Both the position numbers and the translations under genes were made by a program. From the NCBI GenBank assembly GCA_951406725.2, contig OX597814.1, positions 126,604,001-126,668,000 of the forward strand: DNA of 64,000 nucleotides, read 5' to 3'. Shown one piece after another: positions 12,860 through 25,100 of the stretch (the first letter of the stretch is position 1; each line of letters starts with the position of its first letter). This stretch comes from Octopus vulgaris. Taxonomy: Eukaryota. Below the pieces are notes generated by a model. It saw only the letters and a list, made by a program, of their open reading frames with translations. It was not told where the DNA came from and ran no database searches.

Positions 12860-13620
12860 TTTATATTATAGGTGAATTATCACACTCGACATCACTTCTA
12901 TTACTATCTTCCCAACAACTCGTAACTTCCGCCGAAAATCCGAATTCTTTCTCCTATCAAAGCAACGAAACAACAATACTACAACCAAAACGTTACGAGT
13001 CCAAAAGTCCCCAATATTAACCTTTCGCTTATCATGTAGTCTTCTACATTATTTCCTCTTTTCTTCTCATTTGTTCTTCCAGTTCTTCAAATCAATCTTC
13101 AATTTTATCCAGTTTAACTATTGTCACCTTCGTTTTACCTTTACAATTCTGCAGAACCGGTTGGATTAATTCTATTACATTTTCGTGCAGCTGCAGCTTT
13201 CAATTCTGATTCTAACACATCCAGTGCTGCACCAATTACCATAGACATCACAATTCAAGACATTGTCTTCATTTTTTTAAAAAACTATTTTACAAGATTA
13301 TTGTTGTCGCAATCATCTTCCTTACTTTCTGAGTGTGAGACGTAACAGAATGCATTTCCTTTACTCTGTGACTGATTTCTGCGAACCCTTGTGTCCAGTA
13401 CTTTTTGAAACGATTATTAATTTTTTTCATTATTCTTTTTATTTTTCCTGAATAGTCCAGTTCTGTGATGGTAACAAAGTAGTTTCGTAGCAAACTATAG
13501 AAAATTTAAATACTAAGAAATAAAATTCTACTGTGGTATGTTACTACTAAATTTTGGTCTGGTATGCAGCAATTGACGTCTTTCTTTTCTGTATGCTCCA
13601 AAATGAGCATGATAAAAAAG
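12860..13620 (-). pseudogene. Possible endogenous orthomyxovirus-like matrix-type segment
   Basis: Helical ORF remnant ending LKKMKTMS*IVMSMVIGAALDVLESELKAAAARK (13280-13180), similar to my recollection of the isavirus matrix C-terminus; an overlapping frame gives a coiled-coil-like KLDKIED*FEELEEQMRRKEE; lies between the PA and PB2 remnants. Confidence 0.35.
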
Positions 13621-13779
13621 ATTACAGGTAACAAAATACTGATGCATTTTTTAAATGCATTTCAAAACAAAACAAATTCATATAAAGATATTTGATTGGT
13701 CAAAAAAGCAACACAATTTGCAGTTTACCAGTAAAATCAAATAAAAAAAATTTAAGTGAAAGGAATTAGTTACTAAATA

Positions 13780-16155
13780 AACATGCAAAGCGACTTAAAT
13801 TTACATTACGGTAGGGGACATTGGTAACCAAGAACACGCACATCTTTATCACTGATGATCGTGAGACTGAGACGTTGATGAACGGAACGCTGTAATTTAC
13901 CGACAAATCACACGGTAGCTTATTCTGTTCAGCTACAAATGCATTAATCCCCATCACATCCACCGCTGCATTGAGGATATGCGGAGTAAAAGAGTTGCTG
14001 GCCGTGGTATTCTATATGAAATACTTGCCTCTAGTCCAAGAGCAAAGAGCGGTTTCATTGAACTTCTTCCCATTGTCTCTGAGTAAGTCAACTGGCTTCA
14101 GGAATGAAGAGATGTTTGGCAACAATTCGTTTAATAATCAAATTTACTTCGTATCACGAAGTTAACATGACAATATTTTAGTATCGAGGAACTTTTCACA
14201 TCAACATCTCATTCCTCATGTACCAGCTCCGAATTCTAAGAGCAGTAGAGGTACAGATCTCATCGAGTTAAGTAAGCCAATGATGTATATATCACACGTA
14301 AAGTGTCAACCCAATCTCCAGAAAATTTGGCGTTCGTAAAAAGTAAGCGACACCTGGGATATTGGTTGAAAAAGAGTAAAAAATTAGTCTTGACAGCAAG
14401 TTGTCCCAAACTCTTTCAATCTAGTTACCCTTCTCTGGAACTTACCATCCCGAATTCCACCACAGTAGTAGACCTTCATCCACCTTCCTATTGGAACAAG
14501 TCCATATCGGAAAGGAGATAATGCTTCCTACCAAAGATGAGCAAGATGAATGGGAAAAGGAAACAGAGCAGTGACAGAAAGGAGCATTTACAAAAAATCC
14601 AGACTCCCCAGTTGTTTGAAAAATGTAGTCTGACAAAGGATTTCGAAATGATCTTAACATTGACCAAACTTTCGTTTATCACATAAATTAGGTCATCAAA
14701 AGTTGCAGGACGGCTAGAATATGAACACGGGATTAGGCTTAAGAATGTAAACTAACTTACTAGTCGACAAATATTTTCTAAGAGAAAAACCTTGATGGGG
14801 ATCAATCATTTCCTCATTTTGAGTAACATCATAGTCAGAAGTGTGGGTTTGAATACAAGGTCAGAAATTGGGACTTCAAAAGAGCTCCACACCAAAAGAA
14901 GAGGAACTATAATGAAGAAGAAGAATTTGCAGGAGAATCCACATTTGTCGGATGATTTAGTATCCAAAATATACATATGGTATAGTTAACTTGAAGATCC
15001 TGCTGCCCAGTTTTTCAATCACCAACTGCAAGTCAGACCTCAACCTAACAATATTATCGATGTTTATTGCATACAGTGCAAAACACCATATGATCGCTTT
15101 AGAAAAAATGCACTGGTCACCAAAAGGTAAATGAGAGGACCCCCGATAAATTTGCCAAGCATAATGGTAGAGTTCTAGGGGCCTCCTCTTCATTGAAGTG
15201 AGGGGGATATCATATCTGATTGAAAGGAATAGCTTCTTTTTTTATTAATCAAGTTTTAACTTTTACTGAGTCTTCAGAAGGAATGATCACGAATGTCCTC
15301 GTAGTGCAGACAGCCACTTCACACCTCCGTTTAATAAAAGCCTCGAATCGAATGGGTGCAAATTTCGAAGGGAGGTGAAAAAGACCAATGACAAGCACGG
15401 TCTCTTGTGAGACATCTCTAAATACATCCAATTGCCATAGAGCAAAGATCACCATTAGGTTTAAGAAGACCGAACAATTGAGCAGCGAAAAAAAGAGAAG
15501 TATATAGCGAAGGATGTACTAAGAAGAAATATATCCGCAAACTGCGGGAGACATCCTGAAAGATCGAGGCTAGCATCCCCGGCCAACAGGTGGATATCTT
15601 TAAAATGGAGAACCAAAGTAAATTTCAGGACTAGATCCTACAGAAATATGTGTGAGAGCGCTTTTTAAATTATCTGAATTAAAGACTGGTGAAAAGTAAA
15701 CTAGTGATTTGGGCCCCTGTAAGCAATCATCGGTAGGAAGACTCGGCATTACACTGAGCATGAGCGAAAAGAGAAGGAAGAAAACAAACTGCCCCTTTGA
15801 TGTCATATTTACTGAATTTTATGTTGGCGGCTTTCTTGAGGTTTGAACACCGACATTTGAACCCAACGAGTTCGTATTTCCCCCCGACTTGAAATGTCAA
15901 ACAGTAGGTAAGGTTTTAAAATATTCGAATTGTTGTTTCATGGAAGAAATGGACGATCTGCTTTCGTTGTCATGGACGTGAAGAGTAACATGTTGGAAAA
16001 GAAACAATCTTTGCCATTCGATTCATTAAACATACTTTTTGGGAGAGAGCATGGGCGAAACAACCCTGACTCCCCCACCCCCCGGGTATAGTCGATTAAC
16101 TTTGACGAGGGAAAACGCCTCAAAACAACTAAATCATCAACAGAAACTGATACTA
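13780..16155 (+). pseudogene. PB2: Endogenous viral element: near full-length orthomyxovirus-like PB2 (cap-binding polymerase subunit), disrupted
   Basis: About 2.4 kb, intronless, many stops and frameshifts, with colinear PB2-like motifs: VAYSV..PIT (13915-13958); YRGTFHINISFLMYQLRILRAVEV (14182-14253) ~ [41 protein letters not shown] (14611-14673) ~ [48 protein letters not shown] (14828-14952) ~ cap-binding ICKAAMGL/FTFKR/EGYEEFTMVG; HPERSRL ~ PPEQSRM; EFYVGGFL (15814-15837) ~ ESAVLRGFL; C-terminal KRLK. Confidence 0.8.
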
Positions 16156-16158
16156 CGC

Positions 16159-16318
16159 CATTAGCGTAGATGGCGGGGACAGTAGGGCGGTCTGCCCCGG
16201 GCGGCATTTTTCATCCTGTTGTAGGCTATTACTGTAAACAATATGTGTTTTTTGTGGGATCTTGGGGCGACAAACTGAAGGGCTACCCGGGCGGCACACA
16301 CTCTAGCTACGTTAGTGG
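16159..16318. mobile_element. Small hAT-like MITE remnant
   Basis: Degenerate inverted ends cattagcgtaga / tctagctacgttagtg; GC-rich insert at the end of the PB2 remnant. Confidence 0.5.
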
Positions 16319-17884
16319 TTTCAACCTTGCAATAAATAAAATACTTATTATCAACTAAAAATGATATAACAAATAGTATTTAATCACGTTGGATATGGAA
16401 TAATATAGATTTTCTTTAATTTAATTTCGAAATAAATACAATGAAATAATTCCACATAAACAAAATATCATTCCTACGACAGAAATAGAAAATTACCGGT
16501 GACAAACAAAATAAGATTCAGTGATCTTGCGATATTTGAATATATAATAGCGGACAATAATGGAAAATGAACTAAACGGAAGTTCAATGAATTAATGTGA
16601 ATATTTATTTCGTGGATTCCAACGATGCAACATTAAATACGAACACAATAGAAGGGGCAATTAAATATCGCGCCATGCATAAGAACTCTTTAAAACTTAT
16701 TTACAAGTGTTTACTGGCATTATTCATTTAAAAATAACGTATTCACATCATTCATCAAATGCAAATTATATAATATAATTATTATATTTCAGTTCAAGAA
16801 TTTTAAAAAAATAATTAATTAAATGCATCAAACGCATTTTACACAAAATTGGATTTTACAATTCTCATTTTCTTACATCAGGTACATTTCAGTTTCATTT
16901 TATTACCGATTATTGCCTCTATTGCCGATCATTAGCGATTATTTATCGTTCACTTTGATTCATCACATTGCCTTTCAGTTAGTTGCATTTTGTTGTCCGC
17001 CATTATACATTTATACATCGAAAGATCGCTGACATTTTTTAAAACATAAATTCTAAAGCAAATAAAATCATTTTAAAAAAATAAAAATTTTTAAACAAAT
17101 AAAATTATGGTGAAAGTAAAGCGCGTGTACACTAACCATTTGCGGCATTTTGTTTTTGTTTTTTTTTTCTTTTTCGGATTTCTATGTTTTCGATATTGTA
17201 GAATACGATTTTGCCCAAAAATCCCCTTTTCAAAATTTTAATTTTCCCCACCCCACCTCAATTTCTCAATTTTTAAACTTTTTTCGAATCTTTTCTTTTT
17301 AATCCACATAGAAAAATACAGAGATTTTTTCTTAATTTTAATTTTCTTTAAGAAACACTCAATGCCACTTCCCCCACCTCGTCCACCCATCTTTCAAAAA
17401 GCTAAAAACTCTGAATGTTTCACTTTCGTCTGATATTTCACGTATGCATAGAATTCTACTGAAATAGCAGACTTCAAAAATATCAGACCACCACCAGAAA
17501 ATCTGACATGCTAGAAACAAAAGCTAAACGGCATTATTTCTGGTAAAACTTTCCCGCTTTCAAAAAACATTCGGAGGTGATGGGTGGAGGCTGGGGAAGG
17601 ATAATTGAGTGTTTCCTTAAGAAACATTTTTGAAGATTCTTAAAGATTCGTAATCTTTATTTTTCTATGTGGATAAAAATAAAAGGTCAAAATCTAGTTT
17701 AACATCCGGCCACCAAAACAAACAAAAAAAGTCTAATAGGTTGTAAAATATGTGTAGTAAACGAATCTGAAAACTAAAATTTGCGCAAACGAATCCGGTG
17801 GGTGAGGAGAGAACTTTCGGAAAATTCACACCATCCGATTTTTTTCTTCATAAGTTTCAGGAAGATAGATATCTTTTAATGAAA

Positions 17885-18390
17885 TCTATATATATAAAAC
17901 TCTAGTTGTGTGAGTGTCTGTCCCCTTCGATTTAGATTCCTAACTCCTCCCACATTTTGCGGTGCAGTTTAACCAAATTCGGGTATCTTATAGTCGTGAT
18001 TCATATCGAGCCCGTCTGACTATTAGCGCGCGTCAACGATGAGTCTACGATTTTAAAAATAATTTAACATCATTTTTTATTCCATTTTAATGCATAAAAT
18101 GCATCGTGTGTCGATGGCGGCGGAGTTGGCGTCCACGCTCACAGCTGCACCTATTTGCTTCTCCCCCTTCCCTCCCTCGTGAAGCTGTGGGGAAGGGAGT
18201 GTAAAGAAATCAACGTCGTAATGCGTTGTGAAGGAAACCAGCGTTCTTTTAGAACAACGACTTCATGGCTTGAAGACACGAAAACAAAAATGGCTAAGAA
18301 AGCCCGAATTTATAAGGGAAGTAACTCTCTAAAAATGCTTATATAGTTATTTCCCTTACAAACCCGAGCAACGCCGGGCGATACTGCTAG
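17885..18390 (+). mobile_element. Non-autonomous Helitron
   Basis: Starts TC, ends CTAG, subterminal hairpin cccgagcaacgccggg, inserted between A and T with no TSD; the opposite foldback arm shows the empty site gaaa|ttttatataa. Confidence 0.92.
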
Positions 18391-18823
18391 TTTTATATAA
18401 ATACCTTTCAAACGGCATAGATTACGATTATAAAGAAATTTTTTTCCGAAGGAGTGGGGAGAGTACCTTGGGAAAATTTACACGATCCGATTTCTTCCCT
18501 CATAACTTTCAGGAAAATGAGTATCTTTTAATAAAAGTTTATACAAATACTTTTCAAACGGCATAGATTACAATTATAAAGAAATTTGTGCGAAAAGTTT
18601 TTCCGAGGGGGTGGGGAGATGAGTTTCGGAAAAACGAAGTTTCGGATCAAGAAGACCACGTAAGTTGGAATTTCTCCGTTTTGACTGGGGTTTTTCCAAT
18701 TGTTTTTCACCACAGCCTTCGAAACGATGGGGAGCATCTTTTTATGAAAAATCGGTTTAGAAAATTTATGATTTCTTTTTTTTTTTTTTTTGTGATATAA
18801 ATGTTTTTATGGGGAGAAAAATA

Positions 18824-19238
18824 TTTATTTCTTTATTGCCCACAGAGGGCTAAACATAAAGGGAACAAACAAGGACAAAGGGATTAGGTCGATTACATCG
18901 ACCCCAGTGCGTAACTGGTACTTATTTAATCGACCTCCGAAAGGATGAAAGGCAAAGTCGACCTCGGTGGAATTTGAACTCAGAACGTAGCGGCAGACGA
19001 AATACCTATTTCTTTACTACCCACAAGGAGCTAAACACAGAGAGGACAAACAAGGACAGACAAACGGATTAAGTCGATTATATCGACCCCAGAGCGTAAC
19101 TAGTATTTATTTAATCGACCCCCGAAAGGATGAAAGCAAAGTCGACCTCGGCGGAATTTGAACTCGGAACGTAACCGCAGACGAAATACCGCTAAGCATT
19201 TCGCCCGGCGTACAATTGATTCTGCCGATCGCCGCCCT
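18824..19238 (-). mobile_element. tRNA-derived SINE with duplicated 3' part
   Basis: Flanked by direct repeat tggggagaaaa (18810-18820, 19240-19250); core gtcgactttgcctttcatcctttcg occurs twice and resembles a Deu/Nin-type SINE domain. Confidence 0.85.
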
Positions 19239-21183
19239 GTGGGGAGAAAAGTATTGAAAAACATCAATACATGCGAGAGTGAGAAAGATATTTATTTTTT
19301 TTTTTTTTATCAAAAAGGCTCCTCCCATAGTTTTTAAGTGCAAAAAAAATTGGCCAAAATCGATCCGGAGGGGGATGGTGGAGAGTAAAAAAATGAACTT
19401 AGGTAGTCTTCCTGATCCAAAACTCCGTTTTTTTAAACTTCTTTCCCCACTCCCTCGGAAAAAATTTTCCTCACAAATTTCTTTATAATCGTAATCTATG
19501 CCGTTTGAAAGGTATTTATATAAAATTTCATTAAAAGCTATCCATTTTCCCGAAAGTTATGACAGAAAAAATCGGATGGTGCGAATTTTCCGAAAGTCCT
19601 CTCCTCACCCACGGGTTCGTTTGCGCAAGTTTTAGTTTACAGATTCGTTTACTACACATTTTTTAAAACCTATTAGACTTTGGGGCGTGTGGGGTAGCCG
19701 GGTGTTAAACTAGATGTTAACCTATTTTTTAATCCACTTAGAAAAATAAAGATTACGAATCTTTTTCTTAAAGAAACACTCAAACATCCTTCCCCAACCT
19801 CCACCCACAATCTCCGAATGTTTCACTTTTAGCTTTTTTGAAAGCGGGGAAGTTTTACCAGAAATAATGCCGTTTAGCTTTTGTTTCTAGCATGTCAGGT
19901 TTTCTGGTGGTGGTCTGATATTTTTGAAGTCTGCTATTTCAGTAGAATTCTATGCATGCGTGAAACATCAGACGAAAGTGAAACATTCTGAGCTTTTAGC
20001 TTTTTGAAAGCGGGGAGGTGATGGGTGGACGAGGTGGGGGAAGTGGCATTGAGTGTTTCTTAAAGAAAATTAAAATCTAAAAAAAAAAAATTCCCAGATT
20101 CTTCATCTCTGTATTTTCAATGTGGATTTTTAAAAAATTCGAAAAAAGTTAAAAATTAAGAAATTGAGGTGAGGTGGGGAAAATTAAAATTTTGGGGGTA
20201 GAATCGTATTCTCCTAAATCGAAAACAAAAATCCTAAAAAACTGAAACAAAAAGAAACCGGAAATGGGTGGTGTACACACGTTTTGCCTTCATCAAAATC
20301 ATTTTTTAAAGATAAATTTTTGAAGCAGATAGAATTATTTTAAAGAAGTAAATTTAATAGTATTTACATTGTCGAAAAGAAGTGGGTTATGTTATGGGTT
20401 TTTTTTTACATTTTGTATTAAAGCTGTGCTTTCTGTCATTTTATAAATATGTGGATCTTTATCAAACGATATAAAATATGCACCCGTTCCCTTTCATTTT
20501 ATTGAGAAATTCTTATTTTAATTTTATATTATAGCATAAGCATTTCCAATATTCATTGATTCAATGATAAATTGACATTTTATTGATAAACTATGAGAAC
20601 AAAGAATTGGCAGAAACGACTGAGTGCAGTTCTTTGTGGTAATAAATTATGTCGTTTGTGTTCTTATTTAAATTCTATGGGATTGTTTTTCATCCCAACA
20701 AAGAAGATAAAAAAGCACGATGTCGATTCAATATATACTTCTATAAAATCTAAGCCCTTAAACAAAGCTCGTACTTATATAGTTGATTACATGACGAGGT
20801 CATGGCCCGAGTAAGGGCATGTAAGGTTTTAGGAAATGGTTGGCTTCGGCACAAAAAGTTTTTTTAAAGAAAACATGCTAAGATGGCGGAAGATCTTATA
20901 GAAAAAAACACAGTCATCACTTGATTAATAATGCCGTGTCAGAAAGACAATACATTATGAGAATTGTATATGTAACAAGACTCATTCAGTTTACATCATG
21001 AACAAGTGGGGTGATGAATTGTTAGTGAAGTTGAATTCGGTTGTGTGCCTCGAAAATAACACAAATTATCTTGAAATTTTTTTTTGATGAGACCATTTAT
21101 TTACGCATTACTTTACAATATTTATAGTTGTACTTACTGAAGGTTGTTTTATTGCTTACCAGTACAAATATAGAAATAAATTA

Positions 21184-21386
21184 CAGTTATCCCTCGACTA
21201 TCGCAGGTGTTCCGTTCCAAAACACCCCGCGATAGGTGGAAATCCGCGAAGTAGAAACAGTATTTTTTTAATTATTTCTATAATCTGTACATATTAATTT
21301 TATTCTAAATGCAAAATTAGAGGAATCAACGTAAGTTTAAATAAACTGCGATAGGTGAACCGCGCGCGATATGGCAAGGGATTACT
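21184..21386. mobile_element. Tigger/pogo-like MITE
   Basis: TA-flanked inverted ends cagttatccctcg / caagggattact; repeated gcgataggtg. Confidence 0.7.
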
Positions 21387-22100
21387 ATATATGGTTTTTT
21401 TCTACTAGGAATATGGTAGTTACTTATCCATGTTGTGAGATGTGGGAAAATTACATGTTCATGGCGAACGATTTCGCCCAGGGCCAAGCAGCGCGTCTAG
21501 GTAACTTATCTTCTTGCGGATCTCTTACGCACTCTAGTTTACCATGCTTTGAATAAATGTGAGCTTAACACTGTCACTGAAGATTTTCACTTTTCGCAGC
21601 TGCGGTTTTTCAACGTACAAAACTCTACACAACTCATTCAGTTTACATCATGAACAAGTGGGTAGCAGGAACGGGTAACTTGATTAAATTGGATGTTGAA
21701 TGATCGGTAGGGCTAAATTTGGCTGTGTGCTGCTTCACATATAAAACCAAGTCTATTTTAGATCTTATGACCATTTATTTGTAGATAAAATTTTACAATG
21801 TTTAAAAAGTTTACTGTATCAGTATTTACCAGTAAAGAGACAAGAACATATGTTGTGTTTTGACTAAAACTTACACAGCCATAACTTCGTGTTTTGGGGT
21901 GGTGAGAAAAGTATATCTTCATGGTGGACAAACAATTCCTTTTAACCCAAAGTCGAGCAACAACCAACAAAACAAGTCTTCACACGAAACGTTCATGCTT
22001 CTCTTTTATTAACCCCTGCTTCTATATCTATAAACATCTTTTGGCGGGAAAATCATGGAAATTCCATTAGAAAACGTATGTTACAAGTACTATTGTAAGG

Positions 22101-25100
22101 TGTGTAGAAGGAAGGCCGGAAGTGGGGGAGAGATGACGTTACGTCGGCAAGTAAGAAAAAAAGTCTCTCTCTTTTTCATGCCATCTGCGACAGAGGCAAA
22201 ACGTGGTGATAGAAAGGTTGTGACAACACATTTTAAGAATTGAACAATCTGCCGGAGGTACCTGGTTGCAAGTCGAGGTAAGAATAACTTTATTTACATG
22301 CCTTCAAACCACATGCTATTTCGGCACGTTGTTACCAGCTATGAAGATAGGTTCGAGAAGTGGATTTTCTAGATTTTTCTGTTGCTCTTGTTCTTCCTTT
22401 TATTTCTATTTATTTATTATTATTTTTTGTAATGGCCACAAAAATTAGAAACGGTAGTGATATGTTGAGACCGTTCACTGGGGAAGGCAATGCGGTGGCC
22501 TGGAGGAAGAAGGTGAGACTCGTGGCAAAGCTGCAGGGAATAGATGTGGCTAGCCTTATGCCATTGTACTTAGAAAGCATTGCACTGAATCTCTATCTGG
22601 AGATGGATGAAGTGGACTAAGAGAAAGCGGGAAAAAACGAATGGCTGAAGGACGCATACGTAGAGGGGGCGTTTAAAGCCTTTGGCTTGAGAGTAAGATG
22701 GACTAGCGTGCAGATAGATGATTGTGTGAGCAAGATTAGGAGGTTGGTGGGCCTAGCAGGATTTACTGGAGCAGCGATGGAGCAAATGGTGAAGCTGGCT
22801 TTTGTGATTGGCCTCCCCGACCATATCTCCGTATATCTGTTACAGATGCTGGACATCAAAACGATGTCAGTAGGAGAGATGATCAACAAATCACGGGCAT
22901 TATCACAAAGCGACACTCACGATGTAGTGGCAACAGTGATGCTGGATAGGAGTGGGACGAAGAAGCAGTCAGCAAACAACGAGAGCAAGAGTCTGGTGGG
23001 GCGAATGGCCAAGGGACCATACTTTAGATGTTGAGGTCCATACATGGTCAGCGAATGCACGGAACTGAAGCCAATGATGGTGTGTTTCCAATGCGGCCAC
23101 CCTGGGTGCATACTGAATAACTGCAAACAGGGAAATGAACATAGGGAGACTACTGTGCTACTTATTCCTTCCATGACCAATTGAAGGTGCACCACGAAAC
23201 ATTGCCTGTAGTGAGGCTTATGTGGGGGGAGCACACGCTCTCGTGAATACATGTTGCACAATAACCTTGTTGACAGCTGGAGAGATAACACCAGGTTCAG
23301 AGTGGTAGATTGTAGAGGCATCAGTAACGTGAAAATGGAAATACAGGGGTCTGTAGGTGATTGTAGTTGATGAGGTGGTGAATGGTGTCAATGCAGTGGT
23401 CAGAATGGAGGTGATCACATGATTGGGAGGTGTGATGGTTGGCAAGGCAGGAATAGAGTTTGGTGACCAGTGTGGAGCAGAGGAAGAAGACTAAGAGTGA
23501 CGGATTATTGGCACAGAGAGGGTCTTCTGAGGACCTCTGTGCTGAGTTCAGTTGCGAAAGACGGACAGTGGAGTACTCTTTGAAAGGAGAACCTCCCATA
23601 CTGAGAAACAGGTGAGTTGTTACAAGCATACTCTGAAAGGAGAAGCCTGATTTGAGTTCGAGACAGAAATGAACAGGTAGATAGAAGAGGGCATTCTGAT
23701 GCCATGGAGTGAGGAGACGATGGGTGGTGTGGTGCAGCCAACAAAAAATAAGGTCCAACCGGTGCCAGACATCAGGGAACTGAATAAATATGTGTCCTGT
23801 CATATGGGTGGCGAGGCAGCAGACGTGTGGAGAAACCCTTCGTGAGTGGAGGCGAATGAGGCAGGGCAACTATGATCGTTGACCTCGAGTTGGCCTATCT
23901 GCAGTTCCATGTACCAGAGATGTTGTGGAAGTGCCAACTAGTGAGGTAGAGAAGCAGAATGTACTGCCTGACTCAACTGAGTTTTGACTTGAGTTTGTCA
24001 CCAAAGATCATGGTGAAGGTCCTCAAGGCGATTTTGAGCAAAGAAGCCAAAGTGGAGCAGGCTACCAGCTCATATATTAATGATGTCTTGGTAGATGAGA
24101 ATGTGGCATCAGCAGAGGAAATCATGGACCATCTGAGGAGGTTCGAGCTGACAACAAAACTGCCAGAGGCTATAGAATGAGGTAGAAAGTGAGTAGGCTT
24201 GTGTTTCACAGAGGAAACGAGATCCCAAACCTAAATTGGAATATGAATAGGTGAGAGCTGTTCTCAATGTGTGGGAAGTTGGTGGGTCACTACCTTGTCA
24301 CAGGATGGCTCTGAACAGCATGTAGCTATGTCAAATGGCGAGCAGAAGAAGTGAACTGAGGTAATAAAGTGGGAGAGAAGACGATGGTGATTATGTGAGA
24401 AGTCTTGGAGAAAGTGTGAGCAGAAGATACGTGTTTGGTACAAAGGAAAGAGATCATGTGATGCAACGCAAGCAGCATAGCATTAGGAGTAATGCTGGAA
24501 ATAGGAGGTGTTGAGGTGGGAGACACAGCATGGCTTAGGAAGAGGAATGACTAGAACCACATCAATGTAGCCAAATTGAAGGGCCTCAACCTAGCAATGA
24601 GATGGGGACTGCAAACTGCCGAGGTCTGGACTGATTCTGTCACAGTGCAAGGGTGGGTGGAGTCAGTGATCACCAACCGGAAGAGGATTCACATGAAAAG
24701 AGCTACAGAAATGGTGAGTAAGCATCACCTGGGAATCCTGAGGGAGCTAGCTGCATGTTATGTTCATGCCCTCAGAAAAGAATAAGGAAGATATGCTAAC
24801 CAGAGTAATAAAGCATTGGTTGGAAAACAGAACTAAGAAGGCTGCACAACATGCACCATATGGGGGTCGACAGGACATTGTTTTTGGCTAGGACAGTCGA
24901 CCCCAAGGTCACCAGGAAAGATTCAGATAGAGGAAGACTGGAAGAGGTTAGCCATTGATGTAACGTACTATTGGGGAAAGGTGTACCTTTCAATGGTCAA
25001 CTGTGGACCAGGGTGAATGGCTATATGGAGAATAATCAGGACGGAGACTGCTGCCAAAGTTACTGAAGTACTGAATGTGGTGTTCTTGGAAAGGTGACCA

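Larger units (their letters stand above)
17085..20320. repeat. Large foldback-type inverted repeat
   Basis: 17085-18666 is the diverged reverse complement of 19396-20320 (e.g. gaaacactcaatgccacttcccccacctcgtccacccatc and its mirror at ~20030-20060); arms contain internal subrepeats. Confidence 0.9.

Noticed and set aside
13040-13060. TAATG stop-start signal like influenza B M1/BM2
   Set aside because: The ATG is immediately followed by TAG and the frames are too degraded to support it.
13620-13780. Conserved orthomyxovirus segment termini (AGCAAAA-like)
   Set aside because: Only vague A-rich matches, with no complementary partner found at the other ends.
20580-20870. Additional viral or host coding fragment
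   Set aside because: Short, interrupted by stops, and no motif recognised.
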